A stretch of 64,000 nt of DNA from assembly GCA_002633005.1 (NCBI GenBank), contig NMRA01000261.1, forward strand, positions 248,001 to 312,000, given 5' to 3'. The stretch's first letter is position 1. Every line of letters starts with the position of its first letter. The position numbers and the translations under genes are program-made. The stretch is from Phoronis australis (taxonomy: Eukaryota > Animalia > Phoronida). This document shows, piece after piece, positions 60,998-64,000 of the stretch. The notes below the pieces were generated by a model. The model had not been told where the DNA came from and did not search any database. It worked only from the letters and a program-made list of their open reading frames with translations.

Positions 60998-61083
60998 TTT
61001 CTGTTGAGGTGCTGTTTGTGCTCATCATAGCCTTATTAATTCACCCACGTTCCAACCCACCAACATTATCCTATGGAGATGGG
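60998..61083 (+). CDS. S1P phosphatase-like coding exon 8 (VSVEVLFVLIIALLIHPRSNPPTLSYGDG)
   Basis: Transmembrane segment plus HP…T.SYGD, resembling the SGPP YP…SPT.GD motif. Splice phases are consistent. Confidence 0.85.
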
Positions 61084-61796
61084 GTAAGTAACGGGGGTTT
61101 GTGAAGTCTATTGCTATGACCAGTGAACCAGTGAACAGGAGTGTTCTGTGATGTCATACAAACCAAGTCCTTCATTTTTGTCCGATGCATCTGTCAATCA
61201 AATAATTCCACCATCAAAGTATTAAGGCTAACTTATTTATTCTAATTTCATTGATGAATTTAAGTCGCATGATATTTTGTTAGGAAACATAAATGATCTC
61301 TTTGTATATTATATACTGTCGTCTATTCCTTGTATCTGAATGATGCAGTCAAATTTGATCTGGGATTACCAGCATGAAACAAGGTCCTAATTGCTACAAC
61401 TCCATTGACTGCAATAAGTGTTGATAAAATGAGTAGCATTACGCCCACTGATATTCAACTTTCACTTGCGTCTACCGTTGTCCCAGTGAGTGGCAGTGAT
61501 ACTGGTAACCAACAATAAATTATCCAATCAGTTTTTTTAGTGCCAAAACAAAGTTTAGTTCAAATTCAACTACATGTAACCACGAATGCATTACATTATG
61601 CGTCTATGACTCACATTAATGCTAAGGAGTAGACCATCATCAGCTGTTAGTAGTATTCTTGCAACTTCATGAAATCTTGCTATCTACTTGAATAGCGAGT
61701 TTTGTGCTTGTCTTTTTAGGCAAAATAACATTGATAGTATTCCTTGATCCCATGTGAAATGTTTTCGCTAGTAATATTTTGTAACCTAATATTTGT

Positions 61797-62280
61797 CAGG
61801 GCTTGGAATTTTCCGCGGAAACGCGGATTTCCGCTTTTTTCAAATGTTCTGTCCGCGCATTTTACTATATTTCCGCGTAAAAAAATCAGATTTGATATAA
61901 AATTTCCGCGGCAAATTCCTTTCTTACCGTGGCGTTGCAGACGACGTTCACCTCGAAAAGCGGAAGTTGCTCTTTATGTTTCGGAGGAACGTAAATTGCC
62001 GGGGCATCTGGGATAGCGTGGTGGGATTTTCAATGGCGTCTCGTGTTATTGTAAACAACAACTAATACGGCTTTGCAGCCAAAGATGTGTGGGTTGGGAG
62101 TCGACGGGACGAGCTAAAAGGACGCAGACGCATGCTACTGATGGTGGTAACGTTTTTTTTTTAGTCTTCCCGATTTTTGTCGGGGAAAGGTTCACATCGA
62201 ATATTTCAAGGCTGAGTAGCGCTCATGATTTGGGCCGTATAAGTTTCCGCGTTTTTTGTCATTGGTCATTCCAAGCCCTG
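61797..62280. mobile_element. Second copy of the CAGGGCTTGGAAT MITE, with 6-bp TSD ATTTGT
   Basis: ATTTGT|CAGGGCTTGGAAT…ATTCCAAGCCCTG|ATTTGT. Confidence 0.9.
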
Positions 62281-62384
62281 ATTTGTTCATCTTGAAATTG
62301 AATTTTAATTGCATTAACTGTATTTGATTATTTTGTGCTCTATTTTGTATGAGTGTGGTTGACACAACTCTCATTTATTTGTAG

Positions 62385-62535
62385 GCTGTGACAATAAGCT
62401 GTGCCTATGGCATGATTATAGCAAGATCTCGTACGGTGGGTCAGCATGCCATAGTCACAGCGTTGCTTGACCACTCGTACTCCAATGAATCGTATGTGAC
62501 CTTGGCCTGCCTGTCTATAGCCAGGATGGTCGTAG
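62385..62535 (+). CDS. S1P phosphatase-like coding exon 9 (AVTISCAYGMIIARS…LACLSIARMVV)
   Basis: Open frame between tttgtag| and TAG|gtatgt. R.VVG is typical of the SGPP C-terminal helices. Confidence 0.82.
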
Positions 62536-62789
62536 GTATGTCGTTTTTTTCTCTCATATAGTCAGCTAATCACTGATTGGCTAATGGATATTTACAGTAC
62601 TGTCTAACTTTTTTACTGGGTACCCTGACTGTTTAAAAGGTTAACAGCAGAATTATTCTTCTTTCATAACTCTCCTATTCTAGCAAAAAAAATAATATGA
62701 CATATTAATTATGAAATCGAGCGACCTGTGTGAACTCTGTTTCTTGTTGGACGTGACAGAAGTCTGACCAGATTTTGCCTAATGACCCG

Positions 62790-62968
62790 TTTTTATGCAT
62801 CCCCATATGGTAAATAGTTGTGTATTACAGAGACTGTGCCACCTTCTCAATTTGGATGGGTTTGATGCATTCTACGCCATTTGATGGCCATTTATATGAT
62901 ACTATAAAATACATAGAAGCACACCGTTTGCGGTACAGTCGTGGGCGCATTTCAAAACTCTGCATTTG
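62790..62968 (+). mobile_element. Short internally deleted copy of the Helentron/HINE-like family
   Basis: Retains the TTTTTATGCA.CCC start and the AGAAGCACACCGTTTGCGGTACAGTCG…CATTTCAA end. Confidence 0.55.
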
Positions 62969-63097
62969 TCAATGTGATGTGTCATACATAATAATAGTTA
63001 CTAAGTGTTACCTGATGGACGTAAATGAACTTTGTGTTCTAGGTGTACGTACGCATCATCTAGGTTCTGTGTGCACAAACCAAGTTCTATGTTCTAG

Positions 63098-63270
63098 GTG
63101 TACCAATCATCTTAGTTCTGCGTGCACTCACCAAGTCAGTCATGAAAAAGACCATGATGTTCCTGTGTCAGCTCGCCAACATTGAAGCTCGCAGCAACAC
63201 TGACTACCTAAAGAAGACTGTACCGTTATATAAGCACTACAATAGCAATTTTCGTATTCCACCTATTCAG
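63098..63270 (+). CDS. S1P phosphatase-like coding exon 10 (GVPIILVLRALTKSVMKK…FRIPPIQ); the gene probably continues beyond the window
   Basis: Only the second of two duplicated acceptors gives an open frame. The exon ends CAG|gtaagt. The ten exons total 1113 nt, or 371 codons with no stop. Confidence 0.82.
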
Positions 63271-64000
63271 GTAAGTATTGCTTGTCTGTGCTACATCGGC
63301 TAGTCAGCTGTGCTCTGTAAACTGTGACTGTGGCATCTGTCTATATTTTTTTTTATTACATACTTAGCTAAATTTGACCAGGGTTGGCTAAGCTTAAAAC
63401 TGCATGTCGCCCTGTTTAGCTGGCTGTAAAATTAAAAATTGAATTAAGCCTTTGACTCTCATAAAATTGGGCTCATAATATTCCTTATGGTGATCGGGTT
63501 CTGTTTCTGTCCCCTTTTCAAGTCTCGGCCTATGCGACATGCCATTTGTGAATTATCAGATTGAGGGTTGTACAACCCCAATAAACACTGATAGCGATTT
63601 GTTCATTTGTTCATACTTTTGATGGTCTTGTTGGTAAATGGAAATGGAATTGTACCACGGTGGGGAATATTGCTAGAGTGAGAGTATAAGGCTAGCTACT
63701 GTGGAGGCAAAATGTTGGCTTAATAAAACGTCTACTTATTTTACATTTTTCCTTTAACTTATATTTCCTGGCTCCCTTACTAATCATTGGTTGGTTACTA
63801 CGGTACTGATATGTAAGGTAAATCAGGCTTTTCAGAATTTTGAATAAACTTGCCAGACCGTCCCCCTTTCGACATTGAACCGACTGGTAAAACATAATGC
63901 GGGGTTTCCATAATAAACATAATCTTTGTTTTGTTTGATTTTCTTTGGCAGTACACTCAAGTTTTCTAAAAATAAAATGTCTGCCATGTTGCTAGTGAGC

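Noticed and set aside
62820-63185. 121-aa ORF
   Set aside because: Chimera of a repeat fragment and the out-of-frame reading of exon 10.
63952-63969. Terminal exon YTQVF* after acceptor ttggcag
   Set aside because: The phase fits, but it would omit the final conserved helix expected of SGPP-like proteins. It cannot be resolved at the window edge.

Overview
AT-rich animal genomic DNA, probably a lophotrochozoan invertebrate such as a mollusc (inferred from intron-rich genes and repeat content). It is not prokaryotic, and I saw no CRISPR, rRNA or intact tRNA. Four protein-coding genes are present. (1) A 1047-aa disordered, probably N-myristoylated protein with three K/R-APxPP motifs (3222-6365, -). 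(2) SLX4, with its whole CDS in one exon (18059-22183, -). (3) A SIAH1/sina E3 ligase, reconstructed by hand from 6 coding exons as 275 aa (33313-38952, +), lying head-to-head with SLX4. (4) A PAP2-family sphingosine-1-phosphate phosphatase-like gene with 10 coding exons (45946-63270, +), probably continuing past the window. Non-coding DNA holds non-autonomous DNA transposons (two 6-bp-TSD hAT-like copies, plus Tc2/pogo-like, Harbinger-like and fold-back elements), a 5'-truncated CR1/L2-type LINE, Helentron/HINE-like elements carrying arrays of CTCF-like motifs, and a TRIM-like mini LTR element with a tRNA-like LTR. The most striking pattern is that short tandem duplications sit exactly on exon-intron junctions in at least three places. 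They multiply real donor or acceptor sites, and every extra copy would give a frameshift or premature stop.
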